Assembly (NCBI RefSeq): GCF_000150275.1
Contig: NW_002060947.1
Location: 7,983,880-8,047,879 of the forward strand
Direction: 5' to 3'
Source: Trichoplax adhaerens
Lineage: Eukaryota; Animalia; Placozoa
DNA: 64,000 bases
Shown here: positions 18,460 to 32,329 of the stretch, one piece after another
How positions within the stretch are numbered: the stretch's first letter is position 1
Layout: the number at the start of each line of letters is the position of its first letter
The notes under the pieces: model-generated
Databases searched by the model: none
Told to the model about the DNA's origin: nothing
Seen by the model: the letters and a program-made list of their open reading frames with translations, nothing else
Translations under genes and position numbers: made by a program

Positions 18460-21400
18460 CTTTGGATGACGAATAATTCTACAGATGAACAGATAATGAC
18501 GAGCCGAAGGCATCAACAATTGTATCTTCAACAGATCTGCCAATCTCCACGGAATTTCCCCGCTTTACTGGAGCTAATACCGACGCTAACTCCGGCGGAT
18601 TTGCATTGTATCCTAGCTGTGCTATCAAATCAAAACTTGCTGTAGTCGATCTTACATCGACTATTTTTGTAGATTAATGGTAAATTAAATGACTCACTAT
18701 CGCTCATTGGATAGAATTGTGTAATAGAGCATGTCGAAGGTCTTAATATGTCGAAAAAATCGTTTCATCATGATATCATTGCTGAGAATTTACTCTTAGG
18801 TCCTATCGAATCAAACTTGCTATGCGAGCTCGTATTTAATCTTGCATGGATTAGTTATTTTCGTATATTAATGCAGTAGTCGATCTTATATCCACTATTT
18901 TCGTAGATTAATGGTAAATTAAATGACTTGCTATCGCTCATGCCACAGAATCGTGTAATAGAGTATGTCGAAGAAATCGTTCCATCATGACGACATTGCT
19001 GAGAACTTACTCTTAGGTCCTATCAAATCAATCTTGCTATGCGAGCTCGTGTTAAATCTTGCATGGATTAATTATTTTCGTATGTTAATGCTGTAGTCGA
19101 TCTTACATCGACTATTTTCGTAGATTAATGGTAAATTAAATGACTTGCTATCGCTCATTGGATAGAATTGCGTAATAGAGCATATCTCAGGTCTTAATAC
19201 ATCGAAGACATCGTTTCATCATGACGACATTGCTGAGAACTTACTCTTAGGTCCTATCAAATCCAACTTGCTATGCGAGCTCGTATTTGATCTTGCATGG
19301 ATTAATTATTTTCGTATATTAAAGATAAAATTAATTTGCTTATAATTGTAATCGCTCATTGGATTGAATAGTTCAATAGAGCATGTCTTAAATCTTAATA
19401 CATCGAAGAAATTGTTTGATTCAGTAGATGGACTGATAGGTTAATGTCCATGTTAACTCTTGACAGCATCATCAGAATGTTATTCAAAGTTGATATTTAG
19501 GTTCTATCAAATTTGTTATCTTCAGTATTGCATCTATTCATTTCGTAGGTTAACCATAGATTAAATTGCCTACTATCACCAATTTCATTGATTCAAATCG
19601 TAACTGATCAAAAGGGTCTAAAGTGCTATAGATTGATAGATTATTGTCAATACTGATGATGATGTGAAATTGAAGATTATCCACTTAGATGATAATACCA
19701 ATCTCAGAATCGACAGTCTTGAGCTCATTGCAGAATAGGGTGTGATTAAAATTTTCAGATATGATTATTTATCCTTAACCTGTAGCACTATAGATGTTAC
19801 AGAGTGCATTTTAGCTAGTGCTAGCAAACATAATGATAAACCACCGCAACATGTCCTTCATCTTCTCTTTTCGCACGGTGAAGGAAGCTGCACTCAGGTC
19901 TTGGCTGTTGTTGATCAATGTGCTCTCCGTGCTAGGCAATGGCAGGTATCTTAATTAGATGTTTCTATGTAACTTAAAACGAATTTATTGCTTACATTCT
20001 ATTCTTACCATCTAACAGGAACTGATTTATAATGTGAATAAATTATAATATTCTCTTTTATATATCGGTTTAGTCCAATAGCTTTAACGAAAGTATTCTT
20101 TAGCTTATAGTAAATTCTATATCCTGCAAGAGGATACAAAAGTTTTCTAGTTGTTGTAACTCAATTGAATCATTTCAATTTTTAGGAATGCAAAACGTGC
20201 AATTGCTTGCTTAAACTATTGGTTAAATCGTTAGATAAAAAGCAAGAATGTCAAATTATAAATCAAATGTCATTTTCCACTTTAATGCGTTATTTTAATA
20301 TCGCTTATGCAAGCGCAGGTAAATCTACATATGTCATAACATGATTTGCAACACTTATCTTTATACATTGCCATATCAATGTTTACTTTTAATACAACTT
20401 CAACACTGAAATTTAGATACAAGTGAATGGAAGGAATTTTATCGTTGCTTGACATCGAAAAAGTTATATTGCCTGTTCATGCAATTGAGCTCAAGCCATG
20501 AATGCCAATTCTGCGCTGACTTTAGAAATCAATTTCCTAATGGTTTAGTTGAGCAAGCTTTAATTAACATTATGTATCAATATCCTAGCGTTGTTAATAT
20601 TACGAGTGATCCATGGTGGTTACTATTAACCAACGAGGAATCAAGCAATACTGGTGTTTCAGGTTGGATAGCAATGAGATGCACTTATATTATCGTTTAA
20701 TTAGCATCATTAAAGCTTATGCAATCATTTAGAATTGCGTTCTTACTACGTGTATGTAGAATTTACTTTTCCTGATGAAGATGGAACTTTGCTATTGTTT
20801 CTTCTTGACAGCTGTAAAGAAGAACATATACGTTTAGAGGTATATTAACCTTTTACATGAAAATTGATAGTCTGATACTGTAAATACGGTCCTAGTTAGT
20901 GCTAGATTACAGATACGCGTATGTTAATGACAAAGACTTCCTACATTTATCGTTAATAGGTTATAAAAATTATTCTAGCGACATCCAATCGCCAGATTCG
21001 AGAGGTGCAACCTAGTATGTGTGACAAGAACCAAAAATTGTGGATAATATTAAGATACATATTAAATGATCAAAACTCTTCATTGTGGTACCATTTCTGC
21101 GAAAGTTTTACTAAAGTTTGTGAGCAATATGACGAGGTAAACGGTAATTGGAAATGTAATGGTTATTTCCAAATGGTCGATATTTATTTACATGAAATAC
21201 AGTTAAGCAAGCAGGACTGCTCGCTAAATAACTTAAATGTAAAGAACATAATGAGATTGAAACGAAAATTACTGTCAGAGCTATATAAAAGCTATTTTAA
21301 TAACAAAGTAATCAATTACAACAGTGACGTTACCTCTCTCTTATTGGAATTACTTGAACATAATAAAGATACTTATTTATCAATTAATTTCATTCAATTT

Positions 21401-24400
21401 TGGGAAACTTTGGCTACCAATGACCATAATTATAGATTAATTTTACAAACTATCATACCGAAGCTGTTGTCCGAAGAATTACGAAATGTTGGCAGCAATT
21501 ATCAGCCACCTAAAAAAGCAATAAGTCTTAAAATGTCAAGAAAACGAAATTCTAATGCAGCAAGTGCTAACGAGAGTGGATGCACTAAAGATCAATATTG
21601 TACTAGCATTGTTCAGGCGATCATGAATCACGACAAGCTATGGTCCATAATTTATCGAGATGCGTTAAAGAAAGGAAATTATGAGATGTTGACTGATATT
21701 GCAACGTCAAAATCAGAAGTTATTTTACTTGTCACGGCAATGGCTAGATTATCTCTGGCTCAATATCATCAGTACCTCGATATTCAGAGTAGAACATGTT
21801 ATTACTGGAAGTTTAAAAGCCAACAGAATATTGTAACATTTATTGACGATAATCTAATCTTATGCCGTCGCTTTTTAAGGTAATTATTCGCGATAAATTT
21901 GTAGACAAAAATTATAAGCTCTGTTTTACCACAGTCATTTATATGGGTTTATTCTAAAATGTCTACCTGCTTTTATTGCTTATATATACTATAGATATGT
22001 CTCGGAAAGTTCAGAATTTTATTCTTCCTTCGCTTTGGTCTGTTTACTATTAATTAACGAGAAAGCAAATTTATTCTTTCATTACCTAGATAATGAATTA
22101 ATACGGAGTAACTACAGTAAGATGGAAATAACTTCTTCAAATTTACTATTACTTCATGCTTGGCTAATTCAATCTCGTAGTCAAATTATTCGCATAGATT
22201 CTACTGGACATCATTTACATTTTATTAAATGTGGTTCTGCTCATTGTAGGAAGGATATCGTCGAAAATTTATGTAATTTGTTGTTACGTTGTGTTAATAC
22301 TTTTTCATTATGTAGTTATATTGGCTTGATAGCTACTTTAGACAGCCAACACAACGATTTGATGTCTTATATAATCATAAATGTTGAACCGTTAACAGAT
22401 GATTCCACTGGCTTAGACAACTCATTCATAAACTATTTTCCTAGTTTGAGTTGTGATCAGTCAAATATAAAATACATCGATCGATTGAGATGTACAGAAG
22501 AAGACAAAGTCAAGTCAGAACCTTATTCTTTTGCTATCGTAAGGTCATGTTATTTGGCCTTAAATAACCTTACCCAAGAAATAATGCAAAGAGATCATCT
22601 CACGGAATCTGCTGACTCTAACCGACTAGCTTCAGATTCCTTTCAAATCGTAGATCAATGTCTTATCGTAAGCTGGAAAATTACTGCCAAATTTTGTGCA
22701 AAGTTTACTACTTGCGTTGAAATGGAACAAAATCAGATTCCTGAGAAAATCGCTACTAATCTTAAAATGTTAATTCTATCAATCCTTCTCGAATTTTTAA
22801 CTCTGGATGGTCTGTCGTGTAAAAAGTTTAAAAAATTATGTAAAAATGTCATTATTCAGGAGAGTAGCTCCTTGCAGGACTCAAGTCATGAAATAAGCTC
22901 AATATCAAAGTCTTTATTGGTTATTGCAAATTTTGTAACAAAGCGGTTTTTCAAAGATAGGCCAGGTGGAGGATTTTACTATTGAGCTAGATATAGGTAA
23001 GCTCTGTTTTACTACACAGGACGTAAAATTACAATTTCCATTACGTATAGGAAACCTACTGCATTTCTGTGATGGGCCAAAGTTGTGGAAATTGATTTAC
23101 AACCTATTAAGTATCTACATAGCAGCTGCAGATGAAAATAAATTGACCATGTTCCTTCATGCAGTGGCAAATGCGATCACTGGTAATTTTAATTCCTTTC
23201 TAATTAAAGCCAGCAGTGACTATTGATATTTTAATAAATATATTATTATACAAATTAACGGGTAACTTTAATATTGTTTCGTTAAGATGATGATTGCCTA
23301 TCCAAACTGGCCAGTAGTGCTGGAGGGAATGCATTAGTCTTCAATGACATTCGTCAATTTACGAAAACACTGTGCGAAATGGTAACGTCAAATTATAAAT
23401 CTAATGTTGTAAATGGAGGTCTACATATTGTAAGTAAGGCCTAAAGCTGTGCTTTTTATCTGCATATTTCTGATATATTTTTGGATATTGCTTCAATGGC
23501 TTCATTAACCACTCTCTTGTAGATTGGATCAATCTGTAAAAATATGCATGGATTAGAAATTCTTCTCCAACGGGAAAACTTTTCGGCTCTACTATCCCTT
23601 TTCACGGATTCCAAAGTTAAAACCTGCTCTAATGCGACTTTAGCAGTCCAGCTTGTTATTGAAGTGGTTAGTTAAATGATTGTATTATCTGTAATGTAGA
23701 ATAAATATTACATCGGTCCCTTAAAACTATTGCAAAAATCAACGTATCGCATCTTACAATGAACGTTATTTCATTTAGGCTTGCAATAGTGAGAAGCATG
23801 TAGAAATTGTTCTCGCGCTATGCCGTAATCTTGACATTATTGACTGTGTGGTCACTAATGGGCTTAACGTGTTTAGAAGTAAGATTTATCGTCAAAAATA
23901 AATTGTATATTTTTTGCCGGCAGAACATGATTTAATTGCTAAATTTCATATTAGCATCCAAGTTTTCCGCCTCCAACGAGGAAATGTGCCTAGCAATGGA
24001 AAATGCTATTCAGATACTAAGTGATATCATCCGCGCATCGCATGTTACAAATCCCCTATCAAGTCATTCAACTATGGTTACCGAAACTATTATCGCAATT
24101 TGTTCATCAAATCTTACCTCTGTATTAGAATTAATGAAATCAAGCGATTTTATATCTGATCTTGTTTTCGTCTTCTCCTCGTGTATTAAATTTCCCAATA
24201 ATATTCGCTTGTTGAGTAATAATCCAAATCTCCACAAGTTTATTGTTACCTTAATTACAGTACCATTAGCGGTTCTCGTCGAAATTGATCAACTACCATT
24301 TATGATTATAAATTGTATTATGCTGATTGCTGAAGATAGGCAGGCATGCTCTAAATTGAATACAGTTGATATTGCTCGCCACTTGGGCTGCTTTGAGCAG

Positions 24401-24505
24401 CGATTACTCGGCGAACTGCGTCGACATCAGCGATTGCAAGGTAATATTTCTCATCTCCAAGTCCGTCTCAAACTCCTGCGTCAAAAAATCAACGCCACAA
24501 CCTGA
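18460..24505 (+). CDS. Large multi-exon protein-coding gene, product unidentified (Leu/Cys-rich, probably alpha-helical); 5' end uncertain
   Basis: A series of same-strand ORFs (19742, 20449, 21005, 22035, 22966, 23936) is bounded by GT/AG sites, with smaller exons in between. Final stop TGA at 24503-24505. I do not recognise a family motif. Confidence 0.7.
18608..19793 (+). other. Candidate U12-type (minor spliceosome) GT-AG intron
   Basis: 5' site GTATCCTAG at 18608 and branch site TCCTTAAC at 19772-19779. The AG at 19792-19793 keeps the frame (...ADLH-Y-VTECIL). Confidence 0.7.
18630..19410. repeat. Intronic tandem repeat, ~217-235 bp unit, about 3.5 copies
   Basis: GTAGTCGATCTTA(C/T)ATC..CTATTTT..TAGATTAATGGTAAATTAAATGAC recurs at ~18642, 18876 and 19093, with a degenerate fourth copy near 19320. 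Confidence 0.9.
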
Positions 24506-25742
24506 ATAATACAGCTCTTTGCTCTGTATTGGATAAATACGAATGCAAGTAGCCAACATGGTATCTAGAATTAAGTTAAGCTATATTTCGACTTGCGCCA
24601 TATTTATATTCTAGGCATTGATTAAATCTAAAAATTTGATAGCCTTACGACATATTGCTATTTGCAAAACTTATATTCTTACAACAATGATGCATAAAAT
24701 GCAAGCCACAATTTCCAGTTCTTAACTTAGTATTAAGATTCATATATTTCGCTTTATTTCTTTCCATAGTCAGAGCTGAAAGTTCTTTGTAACGAAATAC
24801 CTACATTTAAAATAAATTTATAAATATGAACTAACATAAAGTCCTTGACAACGCAACTTGAATTATTTTTCTATAGACTAATAAACCCATCTTTTCATTC
24901 TTTCAATAATTTTGTATTCATGCGGATACTTGGATTTCCGCAGTAATTATTATGTTTTGATATGTTAATGGTACTGTACCGATATACCATAATTATCCCT
25001 GTAGGTTTGTAAAATTGGATTTCTAATTGTTTAGCTCCATAAAGATGAATTTAAGGAGTGAATTCATAGTAATACATAGTAGCATCCTGCTAAGGATAAA
25101 ATTTAATCGAAGTGAAGAGTTTACGAAAAAAAGTACAATTGGACTACAGGTGATTGCTTAAGAGTACGTAGTGATATACGATATAAAACTATGGACTGCA
25201 AAGCACTTTCCTACGCAGCCATACCATACATGAGTTATCAGAGTTTATTTTATCACAGGTATTTATTGATGTTATAGCATGCATATACAAAAATATATGA
25301 AAAGGGCAGACGCATTAAATCTCCTTTCGTTGTACAATTAAAAATTTATGCGAATTTTAGATTACATGGAATACCATACAACGATTCATAGATATTTAGA
25401 TATTCTTTAGTTTACATGCGTAAACGATTTAAAATTAATTTTTATGCATTACAGTAGTGACTATCCTTTCATACCAAGTAAACGCTATGACGAATTGTAG
25501 CATTTCTTTTTACATTTGAAATAAAATAAACCGACGTTACTATTGCCGAGCTATACAACATCGTTATTGCTGTGTCAATAAATGCACTTCGTACATTACA
25601 CGATTGATAAAACATTATCAAGTCAAAATTTCCATACACTTCAATAAATAAATGGAAACAAGCTTATAAATAGATCAATTTTCTTTGTGTATTAGTATTG
25701 ATTTATTGAGATCATTTTTCACTTTTGTTGAATAATTACGAC

Positions 25743-28700
25743 TTAGCCTTTAACAAATAAACGTTTATAGAATAGAATATAAGCTTGAGCTTTTAAGACC
25801 TGATTTTCAGAAGCTTTCGATACATGTAGATCGCTAACGTGGTACCAAGCACCTGGTTGACAACGAAGATCGGATTGCTTGAAAGTCATGCTGCATTCTT
25901 TTAACTTTTGTAATGCATCATGTAGTGCAGATTCCTTTAAATCATCTTGCTCTATGGATTCTGTAACTTCTGACATCAGATCTGATTGGCTTGTTCTAGC
26001 CTTAACATAAGCAGAATAATGGCCGCCGCCTAGTCGACCGATATGCACGACAACACCGAATAATTCGTATAATCCAGTAGAATTACTGCCACCTCGAACC
26101 TAGATAATTCATAATTAGGGTTAAGTTACATAATACCATGATAACTTGATGAAAGTGCAACTGTGGGTGAAGATAGATCAAGACATACCTTGCAATCATC
26201 GGTGCAAAAAGGCAACATGTCTAACTGTAACGGGAATGTAATGTGTTTTGCTAACTTTCTAAACGATGCTCCAACATGCTCAAAACGCTTCAGGTTTAGA
26301 ACTACTACTTTAGGCAATTCGCAAATAAGCATTTGGGCTGTTGATACCGTATACACTGGTGCAAATTTCTTATCCTCATCTAAATGATACAATCGTGTTA
26401 TAAATAATATTTGTTACATTAGTATTATACACTGTCAGAATAAAAATACGATAATTTAATCTATTAAAATGCTCTAAATTTTACTGACTGTGGACTTCTT
26501 GCTTAAACACATCGAGGAAAGGCTCATCTTGTGCTTCTTTGGTGCTGCTTTTACCAGTCGACTTATCTTCTATTGGTTTTCCTTGCTTTCTTGTACAAAA
26601 CTTGCAATGATATTTGTTTTCGCCAGTCATTAATTCAACGCAGCAAAATCGATCCAAGCATTTGTAGATTGTATATTGATCATGGACTTCTGTAAGTTTC
26701 GATAATCGGTCAGGACAGATGTAACGATTATGATCAATATGATCCGAAGATTCCTTGCCACTATCACTATCCTGACACAGACTATCCGTTTCAATGTTGT
26801 CTTGGCTGGCGTCTAAGGAAGTTTCCAGATTGTCTCGGCTTTTATCCAAGGAAATATCATCACTAGTTTTGTCCTCGTTATCGCTTTCCTGATCGTTATC
26901 AATTTCTTCGGTCATCATGTTAGTAGGAGTACTATTTCCGATGTTTTCTACAGTCATAATAACACTACCGCTAGCATGTATTGATTCTAATTCAGAATCC
27001 TTTGAACGGCAATCATTAGCAATGTTGAATTCGTTCTCAACTTGAATTCTATCATCGATTTCGATCTTGACATCACCAATGGAATTAATGTCGTCATCGG
27101 TATGGCTTTTTTCCTGCTTTGCATTACTATGTGTCCTCTTATGAATGACAACAGTATCTTTAAATTCTGTACAAATTTCTTCATCAATAATGACGTCGTC
27201 GTTATCACCATCATTCTTGACATTATCTTCATTATTGCCATCCGCAGTGTTAACATTGTCTTTATTTTCAACACCTGCTGGATTAACATTTTCATAGGAA
27301 TTTACAATCTCTTTCGTGTCTGGTGTTTCATTTTGATATAGAGTTTTTTTCTTATTTTTTTTGCCCTTATGATTTTTCCTCTTCATCTAATTCATGAGGG
27401 AAACCAAAGCATAACATTTGAATGTCAATATTATTCACTTGGGAGTCAGTCGCGCTAGGTTTTAATTTTGAATCAGTTACCTTACGTTCCTTCTTTCTTT
27501 GATAATTACTTTTCTTTAATTGACTCTGATTTTCAACGCTATACTTTTCTTCAACACTAACTTCTTTTTTCTTTTCAGCTTTAACTGGACTCTTTGCAGT
27601 ATACTTCCGTGGCGGCTATCATTGTAATATGAAGCAAGCATGATGTATTGCCCCAATTTAGTACTACAGACACCAACAGTTATAAGGATATTATGTACTT
27701 CTATGCTACTGTATGTAGGACGACTAGTCCTTGTATTAGGCAATGCATTTTCTAATTACGATGAAGATTAAAAAGCCACCAAAAACTACTAGCAATTATC
27801 ACCTTATACTCCGCTATTGGCAATGATAAATCTAGGAAGGTATCGAAGCGCTGTGAAGTCTATATTTAGAAGAAATAGCAACGTGTTGAAAGCGTTCTTT
27901 GAAGTTAAGCATGGAGAAGGCCCGATTAAATGATGGTCTCCGAGAAATTACTAACCTGATGACATTCTTGACAAGTGATGGTATTAACAATTTTTCCTCC
28001 AAAAATTCTATCTATAGTAGTATCTTGTACGAATTCTAAACAAGATGTAGTGGATCGAAGTAAGAAGCAATAGTCCAAGAATAGGCAGCAGACATCTACA
28101 GCAAAGCAAGCAATCGTATTCAAGTTGTCGAATGAACTAAATACCTCGTATGCGTTTCTTGTCGTCATCGGTTAACAATATTTTAATATCATTCGCTAGT
28201 CGGGCCTTGAGAGTACGCACGACCATCTTTTTTAGTCGCTACATTGAGAGTAATATTAATTAATTAATGGCGTCAGTAAAGCCAATCAACGAAGAAGAAT
28301 TGAATGCCACTTGATCCTTTCTACTACTTGGACAACAACGTACCTTCACTTCTTCGTCTCGTACTCCATCTAACAGGTAATGCATTACTTCTTGGCTATC
28401 TTGTTGCTGATAACTTCGAAATTGTGGAGCCCTATTATTGCATAAGCAGAAGGTTCAAATCAACAATCGATGATTGATAGAAATAATGTGCAGCATCATC
28501 CTTGGTATATATTACAACAAGATGGAGATTAGCGCACGCAATGGCAATTTCTGCTTCGATTATGGAACTAGATAAAAAGATTATTGGACGGTAGATTCAA
28601 ACCTTTTAATAATTTCGTTAAACAATAATTGTGGATTCGTATGACTGCCATTGCCGGCCATCGAGTTTAATAATGACTGCAAGGCATAAGTCATGGGGCC

Positions 28701-30483
28701 ACTTGGAGTGATTGAATCCATCACAAAATCATCCTATAAGTTGATCAAATGGGGGAAATAGATGTAAATGAAACGTGATGATAGAACTAGTATTGCCATT
28801 TCGATAACATCATGTATTGAATTGAATCAGACATTGACTGTATCACTTTGATTGCTAATTGCTAATATGATTTCATCATTACCATTTCATCCAACTGGAG
28901 TTGATATTGAAATTCTTTGGTCATTAGTACTTGCAAAGAATCATGGAGATGATAGGAGTGATGAAGGCACTACAGGAATAATATACAAAGAGCGTTTAGT
29001 ATAGCCGACGATTATTTGGCAGATAATCAAATTGATGCATGGATGAATCAGGTGGAATTGAGTGCGAGCATTAACTACTCCTTCATTCTGTTGTATACGA
29101 TTACTGCATAGAGTTTGTAATTATAATTATATTGGAAGCCATTCTGTCTCTGTGAGTAGCTGATGTATTTTTCAACATGGTCAGTAAAAATATCAAATCG
29201 ACTTCGATGAGAATACGATATACAGCATATAAATAACTTACTTACAATAAGGTACAACAGTACAATTTAGATTCGATTTGGACGATTAGCGCTACAATAT
29301 TGAAATAGCTGTTTTAATTTGACCGTGATGATCTATTGCTTGATCGATGTACTTTTAATTACTGTACCGACAATATTGCCTACTACTAAAAGTACGTCTT
29401 GATTGAAGGACTAAATGAATCCTTTCCACTCTGTGATACAGGCACAATTTAGAGTACATTTGTATATTCTCATTACCTGTAATAACGCATTAAAGAAACA
29501 TGTATTACCCAGATTGGATAAGCCCTAAAAGGTAAAATAGATAGAACATGGATATTGATTAGTTTGGTATGGATTGATTGAAAAAACTCTAGTTCTGCAC
29601 GAACGTTAAAGCCGTTACAATATAAAATAAAAACTACTAAGTTGATATTCATCCAGCATCATTAAGGAATCTATCAATCCTTTCTCGACACTCCTCTATG
29701 ACGAAATGGGGATTTGATGGGTGTACTATGGTGACTAGAATGAATGTCCAAAGCCTATCGATAAGGTTGTTTACTTTTTTTTACTGATGGTCTACTCTAC
29801 GCTCTCCTTTTCTAACTGTACTTCTTTCCATCAATCTATCTTGCATGGACTGACTATTTGACAAGCTATTACGCTATGAGCGTCTGGAAGGATTTATCCA
29901 TACGGGTTTCTCCTCCATTTCTAATTCTGATCACGTACAGTAGTGTTGCCACAATTTTTTTACATTCAGGAATACGAACCGATTATGACTACATACTTGC
30001 TATTTTATTCTATGTCAATCTGTTCATGCTACACTATCACCCTAGACATTATTTCCATGTTTCCTTGGACTCTTTACCACTTTATCAATTCAATGCACAC
30101 TCTCTTCAATCACTTGGCCTACTGCAATGACTAGTAAACATGCTTGCTTTGGATCGTCCATCACATTTAATGGACGTTCTCTATTTTTTTGGAGGGGGAG
30201 GGGGGGGGCGGCCAATCTGTTGTATCTCATTTCGTCTTAACACTATGATCATCAAGTCATTTCATCTCCTCTATCCAGTAGAGTAGCACTACTTAATGCG
30301 ACTCGATTGACTACTTTCATCTTCTACTTCGCGATCGAATAAGCTATTCAAGATGGCGGACTTTCCGACTACGCATCGGTGGCCTACTGGCTGATCCAAT
30401 CCTTCTTCTACAGTACTCCTGCTTACCACCACATGGCCTTCCTGATGGAATGTGGCCTTGTCTTTACTTTGCTTCGGTGACAT
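25743..30483 (-). CDS. USP16/USP45-like ubiquitin-specific protease, multi-exon; first exon (30483-30427) tentative
   Basis: Cys-box exon GLSNLGNTCFFNALLQ (29524-29477), QFRSYQQQDSQEVMHYLLDGVRDEE, IDRIFGG...TITCQECH, FLDLSLPI. A long acidic insert is followed by ELMTGENKYHCKFC, QMLICELPKVVVLNLKRF...KHITFPLQLDMLPFC, His box HIGRLGGGHYSAYVK and WYHVSD...AYILFYKR. Confidence 0.88.
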
Positions 30484-30856
30484 AATATTCAATCTTTGCT
30501 TTTGTAGTCAAGATCAGCTCTAGTCTAAGTGCATTAGCTTCAATATGGTGCATGCAAGATACTGCAAATCGATCATGTAGCCATGTCTGCTGTGGAATTG
30601 GACAACACCATCAGAAATGGGCAGCATCCATCGCCTGCCTAACCCTTGCAATGATTCTAAACGAGACGCGATTAGCCTTCTTATTAAAGGTACTAATGTC
30701 TGTAACTACCGCCAGGACGGTGGACTGTATGTCTTGCTGTAGCCAACCGTCCAATGTTCTACTCCAAGCTTGGTTTATGCACTGCCCCTTGAGCAATACT
30801 GTACAGTATACTCTGAATATTGACTAAGACAATCTTCTTCTTCCACTTAAATAGCT

Positions 30857-31710
30857 ATGGTGGCGTGATAAAAGCCATGATGGAAGCTAGTAGAAGCAGA
30901 CAATCAGTGGAGAGAATCTTTTGTCGACCTTAGGGCATGCAGCCATGATAAGGCATGACGGTGCATTGTCAGCTCATGACGCAGCATCCTCTTCCAATCC
31001 ATTTTGAAATGCGTTGTAAGACTAGAATCCAAATTTGTCATCTCTGTATGTTAACGAACCAATAATAAGCATGGCTAAGCAGTCTTATTCGACTTAATTG
31101 CTTATGGTGGCAAGATAAAAGACATGATGGAAGCTATTAGAAGCAGACAATCTCTTGTCGACCTTCAAGCATACAGCCATGATGAGGCATGATGGTGCAT
31201 TGTCAGCTCATGGCGTAGAATCCCCTTCTATCCGTCTTGAAATACGTTATAAGACTAGAATTCAAATTTGCCATTTCTGTATGTTGACGAACCAATAATA
31301 AGAATGGCTAAGCAGTCTTATTCGACTTCAGTGCTTATGGTGGCACGATAAAAGACATGATGGAAGCTATTGCAAGTAGACAATCAGTGGAGAGAATCTC
31401 TTGTCGACCTTAGGGCATGCAGCCATGATGAGGCATGACGGTACATTGTCAGCTCATGACGCAGCATCCTCTCCAATCCGTCTTGAAATGCGTTATAAGA
31501 CTACTGTAGAATCCAAATTTACGATCTCTGTACAGTATGTTGACTAATAAAGAATAAGAATGGTCAGCCAGTCTTATTCGACTTCAGTGCTCATGGTGGC
31601 ACGATAAAAGACATGATGAAAGTTATTGCAAGCAGACTATCAATCAAGAGAATCTCTGGTAGACCTTAAGCCATGACGGTGCATTGTCAGCTAATGGCGT
31701 AGCATCCTAG
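30857..31710. repeat. Tandem repeat, ~233-256 bp unit, about 3.5 copies
   Basis: ATGGTGGC..GATAAAAG.CATGATG unit starts at 30857, 31104, 31337 and 31593. Confidence 0.9.
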
Positions 31711-32329
31711 CCTGAGTCATCATGACACAGCACACGATGGCACAAATCGCTTGGCAAATAATCAACTTGTCTGCGTTAGCACGAGGTGGAAATGCAAGAT
31801 AGTTTATTGCTGTATCAAGGATATAATCAACACTTGATCTCTTGCAACATCTAGTGATGGACTACTAGAAATGATTACTAGTCACTTGGAGTAGTGTATT
31901 CATGATCATTCCATCCTCTATCAGGGTTGAAGAAATGTCTAAATGAAACCCAACTTCCCCTATCAAACAGTTAGTATTCGATGGGAAAATGAGCAAACTT
32001 TTTAGTGCTTGGAATGATCCGTAAAGCAACGCTTGATGCAAAAATGCAACCCAAGTTTTATCCTATTCTCTCAGACTAACACCATATAGCATCCATCGGC
32101 TGCGTAGCACAGCACTATACAGTCCTGTACCATAGCAATTCATTTCATTCGGTCATCTACTCGACTTAATAGAATATAGTAATCCTACGGAGACCTTTTA
32201 TCACATAGAGTTGTCTCCGAGAAAATTTTCTCATTTCCTCCTATACGCCATTTCCCATCAGATTAATAATAATAGAGCTTCTTTACCCTTCGTCCCTGGC
32301 CTGGCACTGTTGTGTAGTGTGCACCAATC

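Noticed and set aside
26987-27341. Overlapping ORFs of 102 aa (-) and 99 aa (+)
   Set aside because: Shadow frames of the low-complexity acidic exon of the USP16/45-like gene.
27683-27692. ATATCCTTA on the minus strand as a possible AT-AC U12 donor
   Set aside because: It lies in the middle of an ordinary GT-AG intron, with no matching exon boundary or AC acceptor.
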